64,000 nt of DNA, from the NCBI RefSeq assembly GCF_006345805.1, contig NC_042999.1, positions 109,244,001 through 109,308,000 of the forward strand, given 5' to 3'. Positions within the stretch are counted from its first letter, which is position 1; every line of letters starts with the position of its first letter. The translations under genes were made by a program, and so were the position numbers. The notes under the pieces were generated by a model. The model saw only the letters and a program-made list of their open reading frames with translations, made no database searches and was not told where the DNA came from. Positions 12,301 to 23,899 of the stretch are shown one piece after another. The stretch is from Octopus sinensis. Its lineage: Eukaryota.

Positions 12301-13305
12301 GAGACTTTCTCTTTGCTGACGACTGCGCCCTTAATGCAATCGATGAGCAGGAGATGCAGCTCGAGATGGACAGGTTCTCATCAGCCTGTGACAACTTCGG
12401 TCTCACCATCAGTGCAAAGAAAACCGAAGTGATGTTTCAGCCAGCCCCCGGCAAACAATACCATGAGCCTCAGATAAGGTGAACGGACGGATCTTACGAG
12501 TGGTGGAAAACTTCACCTACCTGGGCAGCACTCTCTCCTGCAATGCCAACATAGATGCTGAAACCATCAACAGAATCTCCAAGGCAAGCAGCGCGTTTGG
12601 GAGACTGCGAAAGAAAGTCTGGGAGCGGAGAGGAATCAGCCTCAACACCAAGCTGAAAGTCTACCGGGCAGTCGTGCTTACCACTCTACTATACGGCTGC
12701 GAGACGTGGACTGCTTACCGAAGGCACGAGCGCCAGATAAACCACTTCCATCTCAGGTGTCTTCGGAATCTCCTTCACATCCGCTGGCAGGACAAAGTCC
12801 CAGACACGGAAGTTCTGAAGCAGGCAGATCTCCCTAGCACCATCACAATCATGCGCAAGGCCCAGCTGAGATGGGCGGGCCACGTCTCCCGCATGTCCGA
12901 CACTCGCATCCCAAACAGCTCTTCTACGGAACTCGGCCAGGGCAGGCGCAAAGTCGGAGGGCAGAAAAAGCGCTACAAGGATAGTCTCAAGGTCTCTCTC
13001 AAAGACTTCTCCATCGGAACAGAGACCTGGGAGACACTTGCTGCCAACCGCTCATCCTGGCGCAGCGCAATCACCGTGGGAGCAGGGACAGCCGAGGAGG
13101 GACGGATTCGGTCAGCGGAGCAGAAACGTCAGATGCGTAAAGTCAGAGCCGCCTGCACCAGTAGCACTGCCCCTACCCACTTCTGCCCCACCTGTGGGAG
13201 GGGCTTCCTTGCCCGGATTGGCCTCACCAGCCACCTCCGGTCTCATGGCGGCAGTTCCATCAGATGATGTCAGTTGGTCATCTTCGAACCGAAGGACGAA
13301 CATTA
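9345..13305 (+). mobile_element. Full-length RTE-clade LINE (family 1)
   Basis: ~600 bp 5' UTR, single EN-RT ORF, short 3' UTR gtcatcttcgaaccgaaggacgaac; markedly GC/CpG-rich relative to flanks; no TSD confidently found. Confidence 0.95.
9948..13267 (+). CDS. RTE ORF: AP endonuclease + reverse transcriptase + C-terminal CCHH finger (frameshifted in this sequence)
   Basis: EN motifs TWNVRTL, ALSETR, GDFNARVG, TDHRL; RT motifs NHRGI, QCGFRAGRGT, VDLTKAFD, GVRQGCVLAPTLF, FLFADD, FTYLGS; finger CPTCGRGFLARIGLTSHLRSH; about 8 small deletions, no in-frame stop after reframing. Confidence 0.93.
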
Positions 13306-13680
13306 CTAAACTTCTAATTAATATCAACAGCCTTGAAATCAGTTTTCTTTGTTCATCATAGCAAGGACAAAGAGAAAGAAAAATTGCATAAAGAAATCCT
13401 TTATCTTAATCTTGGAAGATCTTTAAATCAGTTGTATTGATAATCTCATTCAAAAAAAGATTTTTGTCAAGCAGTCTATTTTCTGTCAGCCAGTACCTCA
13501 TTGGAATATGGTAAAGTAATCAACTAACTTTTTGTTATTATATGGAAAATATATTTCTGTTGAAAATTTCTGCAGAAAATGTATCAATATATAGCAAAGT
13601 TCTGTCTGCCTGTCTGTCTGTCTCTTTCTCTCTCCATACACACACATACATACACACACACATATTTATTATTCTTATAC

Positions 13681-13900
13681 AAGAATGTTGTTGACAGTGA
13701 CTTCGAAGTTTAGACAGCTAAGCCATTATTGGACCATAGCCCCAAATTCATTCAATGGGAAACCTTTTCTGGAACACCGTTCCATAAGAACCTAATTACC
13801 ACTCCACTCAAACCCACACACCCAAAGATGATTTTAACACAACAGAGACGATATGACGGCAGGCCGATGAAACTTTGAAGTCACTGTCAACAACATTCTT
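13681..13900. mobile_element. 220 bp MITE-like element with 31 bp TIRs
   Basis: aagaatgttgttgacagtgacttcgaagttt (13681-13711) is the reverse complement of 13870-13900 with 1 mismatch. Confidence 0.75.
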
Positions 13901-15905
13901 CATCATCATTATCATCATCATCGTTTTATGTCCGCTTTCCATGTTGGCATGAGTTGGACAGTTTGACTGAGGACTGGTGAGCCAGAGGCTGCACCAGGCT
14001 CAATCTGATCTGGCAAAGTTTCTACAGCTGGATGCCCTTCTTAAAGCCAACCACTCTGAAAGTGTAGTGGGTGCTTTTACATGCATGAGGGCCAGTCAGG
14101 TGATTCTGCCAATGACCACGCTCAAAAGGTGTTTTTGTGTCCTACCTGCATGGGAACCAGTCTGGTGGCACTGGCAACGACCATGCTCAAATATTGTTTT
14201 TCACATGCCCGTAAAGCGACCCTGGCAATGATCACGCTCGAATGGTGCTTTTCACATGTCACTGGCATGGGAGCCAATCTATGGCTCTAGCAACGATCAT
14301 GCTCAAATGTGCTCTTAATGTTCCACTGGCACGAGTGCCAATCAGGTGGTACTGTCATCAGCCACATCACTAATTTTGATTTGTTTACACTTGCCTCAAT
14401 AGGTCTTTGCAAGCAAAGTTCATTGTCCAATAAATGAGGGGAACTCATATGTGGGCTGGTTGCACCCCACATTTGGATGTGCTTTTAACATTCCACTGGC
14501 ACAAGTGCCAATCAGGTGGTACTGTCATCAGCCACGTCAGCAATTTTGACTTTGATTTCACTTGCCTCAGTAGGTCTTCACATGCAAGGTTTATTGTCCA
14601 ATGAATGAGGGGTATTCATAAATGGGCTGGTTACACCCACTGGCATAGGACATGGGCTATGGTCCCACTTAGCTTGTTGGGTCTTCTCAAGCACAGCATA
14701 TCTTCACAGGTCCCGGTCACTAGTCATTGCTTTGGTAAGGCTCAATGTTTGAAGGTCGTGCTTCACCATTTCATCCCAGATTTTCCTGGGTCTCTCTCTT
14801 CCACAGGTTCCCTCAACAGCTGGGGTGTGACACTTTTTCACACAGCTGTCCTCATCCATTCACAACACATGACCATACCAGGGCAGTCGTCTCTCTTGCG
14901 CACCATATCTGATGCTTCTTAAATCCAACTTTTCTCTCAGGGCACTTACACTCTGTCATGTATGCACACTGATATTACACAACCTTTCATAGTGGCATCT
15001 CCAAACCTCTCCCTTTGCAGCCTCGTTTAATGCAAGTGAACCATCATCCATGTGAACACATTTCTCTCCTACGACATCATGATTCTCTCTCACACACTGT
15101 CTCGCAACATGAAATACCTCAAGTCTTTGGTCTTTACAGCACAGAACACTGGCAAATTTTTTCTTATCTGCTTCCCTTCTGGCTAAATAAACCTGTCTCC
15201 TAGCTTCCCTTCTGGCAGTCTGATACAATTCCCAGCTGCCGCCATTCTTCGAGTCCTTCCAAGCCTGTTTCTTTTCCCTAATAGCCCTGTCAACAATATT
15301 ATTCCACCACCACGTTACCTTGGGTCAAGAGGGGATTTTGCACCATCCACAGATCTGGTCAGTGGCCCTCAGCAGGTTGTCTTGTAGAAACTTTCAGTTG
15401 TCTTCCACATCATGTGATGCTATATCCCCTTCTATTTCGTCAAAGACTTCGAGTAATACGTCTCTAAATCTCAGTCCATTCGCAGGATTTTTAAGCTTCC
15501 AGACCCTTCTCCTCCATGCTGGTCATCTTCTGAGCACCCATTTAGCCCTGATCCTGAAATTGCTAACTACTAGTCTATGTTGTGGGGTACATTCTTCACC
15601 TGGGAAGGTTTTAGCATTTATAAGCAGCCATCTTTCCCTTTTTCTGGTGAGGATGTAGTCAATTTAGCTAGTCTGCCAGAACGGTAGGTGACTAGGTGAC
15701 TGGCAGGTTTCCTGAAGTTAGTATTGCAAACCATAAGACCATAAGATCATTTGCATTGCAGAACTCTAGCAGCCTGGTTCTCTCCTCATTGCGGGAACGA
15801 AAACCATAGCCTCCATGTACTCCACGGAAGCCCCCTGCATGTTGTCCAACATGTCCATTGAAGTCACCAGCCACAAAGAGAAAACCCCTGTCATTCATCA
15901 GTGAG
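13901..15905 (-). mobile_element. RTE family 2 copy, 5'-truncated, RT core deleted
   Basis: EN remnant VAGDFNGHVG..GYGFRSRNEE..LLEFC, linker ARRQVYLARREADKKKF..HYERL joined directly to the C-terminal CNISVH..KKCH..KHDL region; modular 3' UTR and (GAT)n tail. Confidence 0.88.
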
Positions 15906-15959
15906 GCAATCTGCAAGGTGTCATAAAATCAGTCTTTCTGTCCATAAGAAAGTCTCTCA

Positions 15960-16155
15960 TCCTTGGAACTTTCCAGCAAGTCCTCAGAACTTTCCAGGAA
16001 GTGTAACCCGCAGAACTTTCAATGAAGTCCTCAGAATTTTCCAGGAAATCTCTCATCCTCGGAATTTTCCAAGAAGACTCATCTTCGGGACTTTCCAGGA
16101 AGTCCTCAGAATTTTCCAGGAAGTCCCCGGAATTTTCCAGGAAGTCATCGAACTT
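15960..16155 (+). repeat. ~20-28 bp tandem repeat with GAA(C/T)TTTCCAGGAAG core, about 8-9 units
   Basis: Visible directly. Confidence 0.85.
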
Positions 16156-16157
16156 GG

Positions 16158-16830
16158 GAGTGCCACTCCATTGACTTTGCAGGTCTCCTGCCATCTACCA
16201 CACAATACTGCTACTTACTGATAATAGTCAATGAGTACTCAAGGTACCCATTCACATATCCATGCAAAGACATGAGTACTGAAACAGTAATTTTCCATCT
16301 GCTCAACCTATCTTCATTGTTTGGATCACCAAGTTGTATCCATTATGACAGAGGAACCCAATTTGATAATAAGAAGCTCCAGGACTTCCTTCACACTAAC
16401 TGGACAATAAAAACTAGAATATCTCCCTATCGATCTCAAGGCAATGGCCTATGTGAAAAACCAATGGTACCCCCATGAAGACCATAAATCTAGCACTTAG
16501 CTCACTATAACTAGATAAAAGACAATGATTGACAGTCCTTCCCATGACACTACTAACCATGAGAGGACTCCTCTGTACAGCTACCAACACAACCCCTCAT
16601 GAGCAAATGTTTAAATTTTCAAGATCATCAACAGTGGGAAGCATTCTACCTGAATTCCTCCAGAATACCAGAAACAAAATACTACATTGTCAACACCTGA
16701 GAAATAAGGTGGATCCACTTATAGAAAATGTCAAATTGTTAGAGACAATTTCTCCTCACGTTCCATGCGTACAATTTGGAAATGGATCAATAGATACAGT
16801 GTCAACACACAATCTTGCTTCAGCAGGACA
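16158..16830 (+). pseudogene. Gypsy/Ty3 LTR-retrotransposon integrase remnant
   Basis: SIDFAGLLPS..YLLIIVNEYSRYPFTYPC..FGSPSCIHYDRGTQF..SPYRSQGNGLCEK (D-D-E positions retained), then TATNTTPHEQMF; frameshifted. Confidence 0.88.
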
Positions 16831-17189
16831 ATCTTTCAATCAAGGAAGCAAAGATAACACACAAACACAATCAGGGCTAACAACACAAACAGAGTTTGAT
16901 ACAGAACAACAAAATCTACAAATAATAAATCAACAAGTAACCGACCCCGACAGTACACCAATAGAAGTAATGTGTCGATAAAGAAATGGAGCTCACAGTC
17001 TGACACCTGAAAACATGAGCAGATTAGCAACTCATGAAGAGTGCCTGAATGAGAATAATACAGGTAACAAAACTTGTGAAGAATACTGAATGAGAATAAC
17101 ACAGGTAACAAAATGCCAACTATTCAAGGACAAAAAGAGATGAGAAAACTGAGATCAGGATGAATTATCAAGACACCTTTTTTATTCGA

Positions 17190-17370
17190 AGGACTATATG
17201 TTTTGAATCCAGAACCATGCTGGATTGGTTTGGGGCTGGGTTAACATCAAAGAGTGGACAGGCCTTAGTTTTTCTGATTCACAGATGGCAGCAGAAGACC
17301 AAGATAAGTGGTGAAACCTAGTTGTGACATCATTAATGACTACACAGTCAAGGGATAGGAAGGTGTGAAG
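17190..17370 (+). pseudogene. RTE-type LINE 3' ORF remnant
   Basis: NIKEWTGLSFSDSQMAAEDQDKW resembles the C-terminus of RTE ORFs. Confidence 0.55.
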
Positions 17371-17855
17371 ATATATCGATGTCTTCTTCTTTGATCATGC
17401 TGCTTTCTTGGATTCCCATGACTCTCTGTTGCCATTCATTTCCATTATTATGAATTCGAATTGGGAGCTTGAGTCATTGTGAACCTTTCAGTAGTTGATT
17501 ATACAACCATGGACACTGCCCCTATGGATGATTTACAGTTACTCTCTTGACAGTCCTTGGTAATCTTGATCATTGGTCTAGGATTCCTCTGCTCAGCATC
17601 AATGTAAGAAGCATTGTTGGCTCAATTGAGCTCTTCTGCTACCTCTTCACAATCCTCCATGCTGTAGTCCCATGAATTTGCCATATCCCTGACAGGTATG
17701 GCTGAATGGGTGCTATACCTTGCCAAAAGGCAACCCATAACTATACAGGGTGTGGCTGTCACTTCTTGATATTTTCAAAATATCTGCATCCCCATATCTA
17801 TTAATGTAAGCCATCAATAAACAGTAGTTCCAGTGTTATATACTTCTGCTTAAAT

Positions 17856-18204
17856 CAAAGGTTCTCAACCATTTTTTACCTATGGACCTCTTTGATTACT
17901 GTTTTATTCCAGTGGACCTCCATAACCATTCTATGTCTAAAAACTAGTTTCATAGAAACTTCTTTCAAAATTCCTGTTTTACTTTTCACACATTATCTTG
18001 AGTAGGTTGCACTTTATAAAATTTTAGAGAAAGAAACCAAGCTGTTTCTTGCAGTACATACCAATAAATACATCGAAAGCAAAATTTTTTCAGGGCTCCT
18101 TAAAATACTATTGTGGATCCCAGATTTATTATTTTGTCATGTGGACCACCAAAAATCTTATATGGATCCTCAGAGGTTATATGGACCCCAGTTGAGAACG
18201 ACTG
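17856..18204 (+). mobile_element. hAT (Charlie-like) MITE, copy 1
   Basis: Termini caaaggttctcaacc / gttgagaacgactg; 8 bp flanks gcttaaat / gtttgaat; homologous to 48041-48376. Confidence 0.8.
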
Positions 18205-19376
18205 GTTTGAATAAATATATTTTTTTAAGCCCCAGGACAGACTTCCCTAAGCAGACTTATGATCAAAGGCTCTCCAGTAGTGACCACTCCATAGTTTTAA
18301 TACAGTCATGCAAACATTATCTTATGTGACCTTCTTTATATTTTTGAGACAAGATGGTGTGACTTAAAGGAGTTTTGGCTGCTATATCTACCAAATAAGA
18401 TGACCACATAAAGACTCTTTTGCTCCATCAAATCCATTTTGTTTAACACCACTCACCTGAAAAGTATTTGTATTTTTAAGTTTTTATGTTTTTTTTTCTT
18501 CTATATTTTAAATATTTACTATTTAAACTAAATAATGCTTTTTCGGTTACTTTTGAAATATATGCACATAATATTCAACCCTTCTGACAAATGATGCATA
18601 CTTAGGCATTCATATATGCATAAACATGCAAGTATGCATACTCTATTGCATACACGCTAGCAATTATTATTCTACTTTGATCTCTGAATAAAAATTGAAA
18701 TAAGTGTATCATCAGTCTTCAAACTATAATGGAATATAATGCTTCTTTTGCCTTTTAGACTAGTCTGTTTTTAACAACATTATAATGGTGCTAGGAGCTT
18801 CACTGACTCTCCATGCTGTACAAACATAAGCATCAACAGCAGCATTATATAATTTGCTTACCATTTCTGTGTATATCATTATACATGTTATTAGTTACAT
18901 GTAAAGATGGTACTATAAAATGGCTATCTATCACACACATATATTTTTCATTTGCACTATAGTACAAATTACATATGATTTTATACACACACACAGGTGT
19001 ATATATGTATGTATGTGAGTATAAATATATATATGTATTTGTTTTTGTATCCTTAAACAAACAAAAATTATGTGTATTTACACACACACACAAACTTACA
19101 CTCACACATTTATATATACACACACATTCATATTTAACATGACATATTCTTAAATATGTAAACATTCATATATTAAGTCTTACTTTTTTTTTATTTTAAT
19201 GTTAACTTTTTATGTAACATCATTACACAATATCATAATAAAATACAAACTATTCAAATAAACACACATATTTATACATATATGTTTGTCTGTGTATGCA
19301 GGCAAGTGTGCGTGTAGGTGGATGTTCTTTGTGTGAGTGAGTATGTATATGTGGGCATATGCATGTTTATATATAT

Positions 19377-19424
<48 letters not shown>

Positions 19425-20451
19425 TATATATAAATGGGGAAGAATATATCTTTTTTTTTACATTTAGCTCATGAATCCCCTCCCATATTAGTGTTGATAT
19501 TTTGGTCCCTGCTGTCATTGTGACAGGAAGATGTGTTAGGATAGGAAGAGGCACTTAGAATTGCTGGGAGGAGGAAAACAGCTGGGAGGGGCTGAGACAG
19601 CTGCTTCTACAACAACAGTGGCAGCAACAACACACTGTTTTTCATTTCTTTAGTTTATTCTTTTTTTTTTTTTTCTACCACCTACTTTTGTCCTATGCTT
19701 TCAACCTTGCTGTCTCTCCCAATTACTGTTTCCTATAAAAAGTTGGTATGATGCTGAGTTCTTAGGAATCATCTGTGCTACTTGGATCGCTGACAGCGAA
19801 ACAGAAAAGATGAATCTAAGTGGTGATATTGATCTCACTTTGAAATTGTTTAAGGCTTCTCGTAGAAGAGGAAGGAAGAAGACAACGAAACATTTTATTA
19901 TGTCAAATTCCTGTCATTTCTTTATAGATTTTTGTTTCTCCCAGTTTTTCCAATTAATAAATAATTCGATAGAAGATATATAAATTAAAATAAAAAGCAA
20001 CGTTTAAAGTGTTCTTACCCTCAAGGCATACTAAAGGTGTTCAGCTTAATACATATCAATGAATGACTAGATTGATAAAATTGAGGAATAAATATCATTG
20101 ATAAAGTGGAAATGTAACTGTTTTTATTAATGAAAAAGAAGTAATAAATAATCTAGTAACTGGGTGAAGAATTTTGAGTGGAGATTAAACAATAAATGGT
20201 ACTTATAATTAATTAGAATAAACAAACAGTTGTATTTGAAGGTACTTATATAAGAATTTCTCGGTAAGTTTTCATTGATTGTATTTCAGTCAATTGTTCT
20301 GATGAACACACATTTGTTTTATATTATTTTTTAAAAATGTATTTTCTTTTCTTTTTTTGTGGAGGTCTTTTTCCATTATTTTTTCTTTAGAACATAAGGG
20401 GAAATGGGGGTTTAATATTTTTTTTGTGTGTTTTTAATGTTTTATCAACAG

Positions 20452-20695
20452 TGTTATTGAAGAAGGCAAAGGTGGAAGGAAGATGTAGATGTTTTATCAT
20501 ATCTGGTTCAGTTATCTCATGATACTTAGACCAAATCTTGTCAGAGTCAACCTTGACTTTCATAACATCCATGATTGTTAACATAAATATTGAATAAGAT
20601 AACAAGATAAATTTAGTCAAGTTTTATACTTTGCTGAAAACTATTACTGGAAGTGCAAGCATATACTGAAGTAATAACAACAAGATTCCTCAATG
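20452..20695 (+). other. Candidate 5' UTR exon ending in ATG
   Basis: Upstream donor CG|GTAAGT at 20264, T-rich acceptor ttttatcaacag (ends 20451), donor ATG|GTAAGC at 20696; CpG-containing segment at ~19780-20030. Confidence 0.35.
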
Positions 20696-20890
20696 GTAAG
20701 CAGGTAAGCTCAATGTGGAGCATGCTTTTTCTTACAACTCGTCTCCTTAATGGTGCAGAGTTGTAGGTCAAGTAAAAACCAAAATTAGGTGCATGGCATA
20801 CATAATGTAAGGTGTTTCCAATTCTTTCCCAGTCTGCAAGTGCAGTTGGTAGAACATCCACACTAGCATTCTATAAAGAAATATTGGTAT

Positions 20891-21123
20891 TGAGGTGGTG
20901 AGCTGGCAGAAACGTTAGCATGCTGGATGAAATGCTTAACAGTATTTTGTCTGCCGTTACGTTCTGAGTTCAAATTCCGCCGAGGTTAACTTTGCCTTTC
21001 GTCCTTTCGGGGTCGATAAATTAAGTACCAGTTATGCACTGGGGTCAATGTAATCGACTTAATCCCTTTGTCTGTCCTTGTTTGTCCCCTCTATGTTTAG
21101 CCCCTTGCAGGCAATAATGAAAT
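20891..21123 (+). mobile_element. SINE family B (young) with 15 bp TSD
   Basis: tRNA-like head, Nin/Deu-like cctttc.tcctttcggggtcgataaattaagtacc; TSD aagaaatattggtat at 20876-20890 and 21124-21138. Confidence 0.92.
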
Positions 21124-21799
21124 AAGAAATATTGGTATGTAAGGGTAATAATGTTCTTAGAAAACCTAGGGACCAAGGAAACTTTTAGAAATCCATGATT
21201 TGACAGTGTTACTGGTAATGGATGCAGCATTACCATTCAGAATAAGCTGTGCAAATACAGAAGTGTTCTTTGTGAAGTGAAAGGGAAAAGATGGAACAAC
21301 AAAACTCTTGAAAGATGGGGATTCAATATAAAACCCTGAAAATGTGTTACATATCTGTGTTTCCATGGCATTTCCAGGAAAGTTAGAATGATACTAGAAT
21401 GATGTAGATAACGAATATCGACAATTCTGGTACCATATCTATGGTGCCATCTGTGTTGTGATGGACTTTCCAGAGAAGTTAGAATGATACAAAAAAAATT
21501 TAAGTTCAGAATATAAGAAATAGGCGAATCATAGATCATTAGTAATCATATACAATTAAGACATTATAACAAACTTAAAAATACATATTCCAAAGATATT
21601 TTTAACCTTAAATGTCACAAAACATGTTTACCTGTGCATTTTAGATGCACTTGTAGACAATTTGAGGACTGGCTAATTGGTAGGAGCATTAAGTGCCTAA
21701 ACCCAGTCCAACCAGTATCTTTGATGGTTTATTTTCCTTTTAATTATATCTTGTAATTATTGTGAGCTTTATTACACTTATCTATTTCCATGCAAATAT

Positions 21800-22022
21800 T
21801 CTTTTATTTGTTTCAGTCATTAGACTGTGACCATGCTGATGCACCACACTGAAGGGTTTAGTCTAACAGATTGACCCTTGTACTTATCTTTGTTTTAGCC
21901 TGGTACTTCTTCTATTGGTTTCTTTTTGCTGAAACATAAGTTAATGGAACATAAACAAACCTACACTGGTTATCAAGTGATAATTGAGGACAAACATAAG
22001 CACAAAAATACACAGATAGATG

Positions 22023-22057
<35 letters not shown>

Positions 22058-22200
22058 GACAGGCTTCTTTCAGGTTCCATCTACCACATCCACTCACAAG
22101 GACTTGATTAGTCTGGGGCTATAGCAAAAGACAGTTGCCCAAAGTGCCACGCAATAGGACTGAACCTGGGTTGGGAAGCAAGCTTCTTACCACACAATCA
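21800..22200 (-). mobile_element. SINE family A (decayed)
   Basis: Reverse complement of the family A head, (TA)n and tail. Confidence 0.75.
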
Positions 22201-22355
22201 CATCCAATCATATATTGTAGACAGTCTCACAGCCACTCACTTTTCAACTTTGTAAACTTGTCTTTCATTCTCTACATTTTTGTAATTCCCTTATGAAAGT
22301 TTTGTATTTTCTGTATCTCTTTGAGCCCTTGTAGCAAATAAAGAAAATATTATTG

Positions 22356-23452
22356 TTACCTAGGTGACCACGTCAGTAGCGGGAGAGGGTGTGCTGAAAG
22401 TGTAGCTGCTAGAATAAGAATAGCCTGGGCAAAGTTCAGAGAGCTCTTACCTCTGCTAGTGACAAAGGACATCTCACTCAGAGTAAAAGGTAGACTGTAT
22501 GATGCATGTGTATGAACAGCCATGCTACATGGCAGTGAAACATGGACTCTGACAGCTGAGGACATGCATAAGCTTGCAAGGAATGAAGCGAGTATGCTCT
22601 ACTGGATGTGTAATGTCGGTGTGCATACTTGACGGAGTGTAAGTACCTTGAGAGAAAAGTTGGACCTAAGAAGCATCTGATGTGGTGTGCAAGAGAAATG
22701 ACTGCACTGGTATGGATATGTGGTGCGAATGGATGAGGATAACTGTGTGAAAAAGTGCCACACCCTAGCAGTTGAGAGAACCTGTGGAAGAGGTAGACCC
22801 AAGAAGACCTGGGATGAGGTGGTGAAGCATGACCTTCGAACATTAGACCTCACCGAGGCAATGACTAGTAACCAAGACCTTTGGAAATATGCTGTACTTG
22901 AGAAGACCCAGCAAGTCAAGTGAGATCATAACCTGTGGCCTATGCCAGGGGTGTAACCAGCCCACTTATGCATACCTTTCCTTCATTGGATACTAAACTC
23001 TGCTTGTCAAGACCTGTTGAGGCAAGTGAAATCAAAATCAAATTCAATGACTGACTCCCGTGCTGGTGGCACGTAAAAAGCACCATTTGAGCGTGATTGT
23101 TACCAGCATCGCTTCACTGGCACTTGTGCCAGAGGCACGTGAAAAAGATATTCGAGCGAGGTCATTGCAAGTGCCGCTGGACTGGCTCCTGTGTAGGTGG
23201 CACGTAAAAAACACCATTTGAGCATGGCCATTGCTAGTAGCGCCTGATTGGCCCTCATGCTGGTGGCATGTAAAAGCACCCACTACACTCCCGGAGTGGT
23301 TGGCGTTAGGAAGGGCACCCAGCTGTAGAAACTCTGCCAGATCAGATTGGAACCTGGTGCAGTCATTTGGTTTGCCAGTCCTTGGTCAAATCGTCCAACC
23401 CATGCCAGCATGGAAAGCAGATGTCAAACGATGATGATGATGATGATGATGT
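22356..23452 (+). mobile_element. RTE family 2, 5'-truncated copy
   Basis: RIRIAWAKFRELLPLL..LHGSETW..MDEDNCVKKCH..GRGRPKKTWDEVVKHDL..LEKTQQVK* followed by tggcacgtaaaaagcacc modules and (GAT)n. Confidence 0.92.
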
Positions 23453-23584
23453 ATACATATGTATGTATGTGCAGATGCATATGTGTGTATGTATGTATGT
23501 ATGTATGCATGTATGAGTATATGTATGCATGCATATTAGCACCTTGTTGTAGTGAAAAAGACCTGTCTGTTACTGCAGAATCGA

Positions 23585-23790
23585 TACTGGTGTTGGTGCC
23601 ACATAAAAAGCACCCAGTACACTCGGTGGAGTGGTTGGCATTAGGAAGGGCATCCAGCCATATAAGTCATACCAGAACAGACAATGGAGCCTGGTGCAAT
23701 CCCCCACCCCACCTTACCAGCTCTGGTCAAACTGTCCAACTCATGCCAACCTGGAAAATAGACATTACATGATGATGATGATGATGATGT
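23585..23790 (+). mobile_element. RTE family 2 tail fragment
   Basis: aaaagcacccagtacactc..gttggcattaggaagggcatccag..(GAT)n. Confidence 0.8.
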
Positions 23791-23899
23791 TATCCAAAAA
23801 TTGAACAGAACAGTGCATAACAGTGCATAATGCATTTAGAAATTCATGTGCATTCTTATACTTCAAAAGAGAAAACAGTAAGAACTCATATTATGATCC

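Noticed and set aside
11013-12409. Long antisense ORFs inside the RTE
   Set aside because: Expected shadow ORFs of a GC-rich coding strand
9320-13330. Possible RTE TSD ttcttatcaat / ttctaattaat
   Set aside because: Only 9 of 11 match in AT-rich DNA, which is too weak for an apparently young element
20387-20861. Minus-strand ORFs of 77 and 82 aa
   Set aside because: No recognisable motifs; splice signals here favour the + strand
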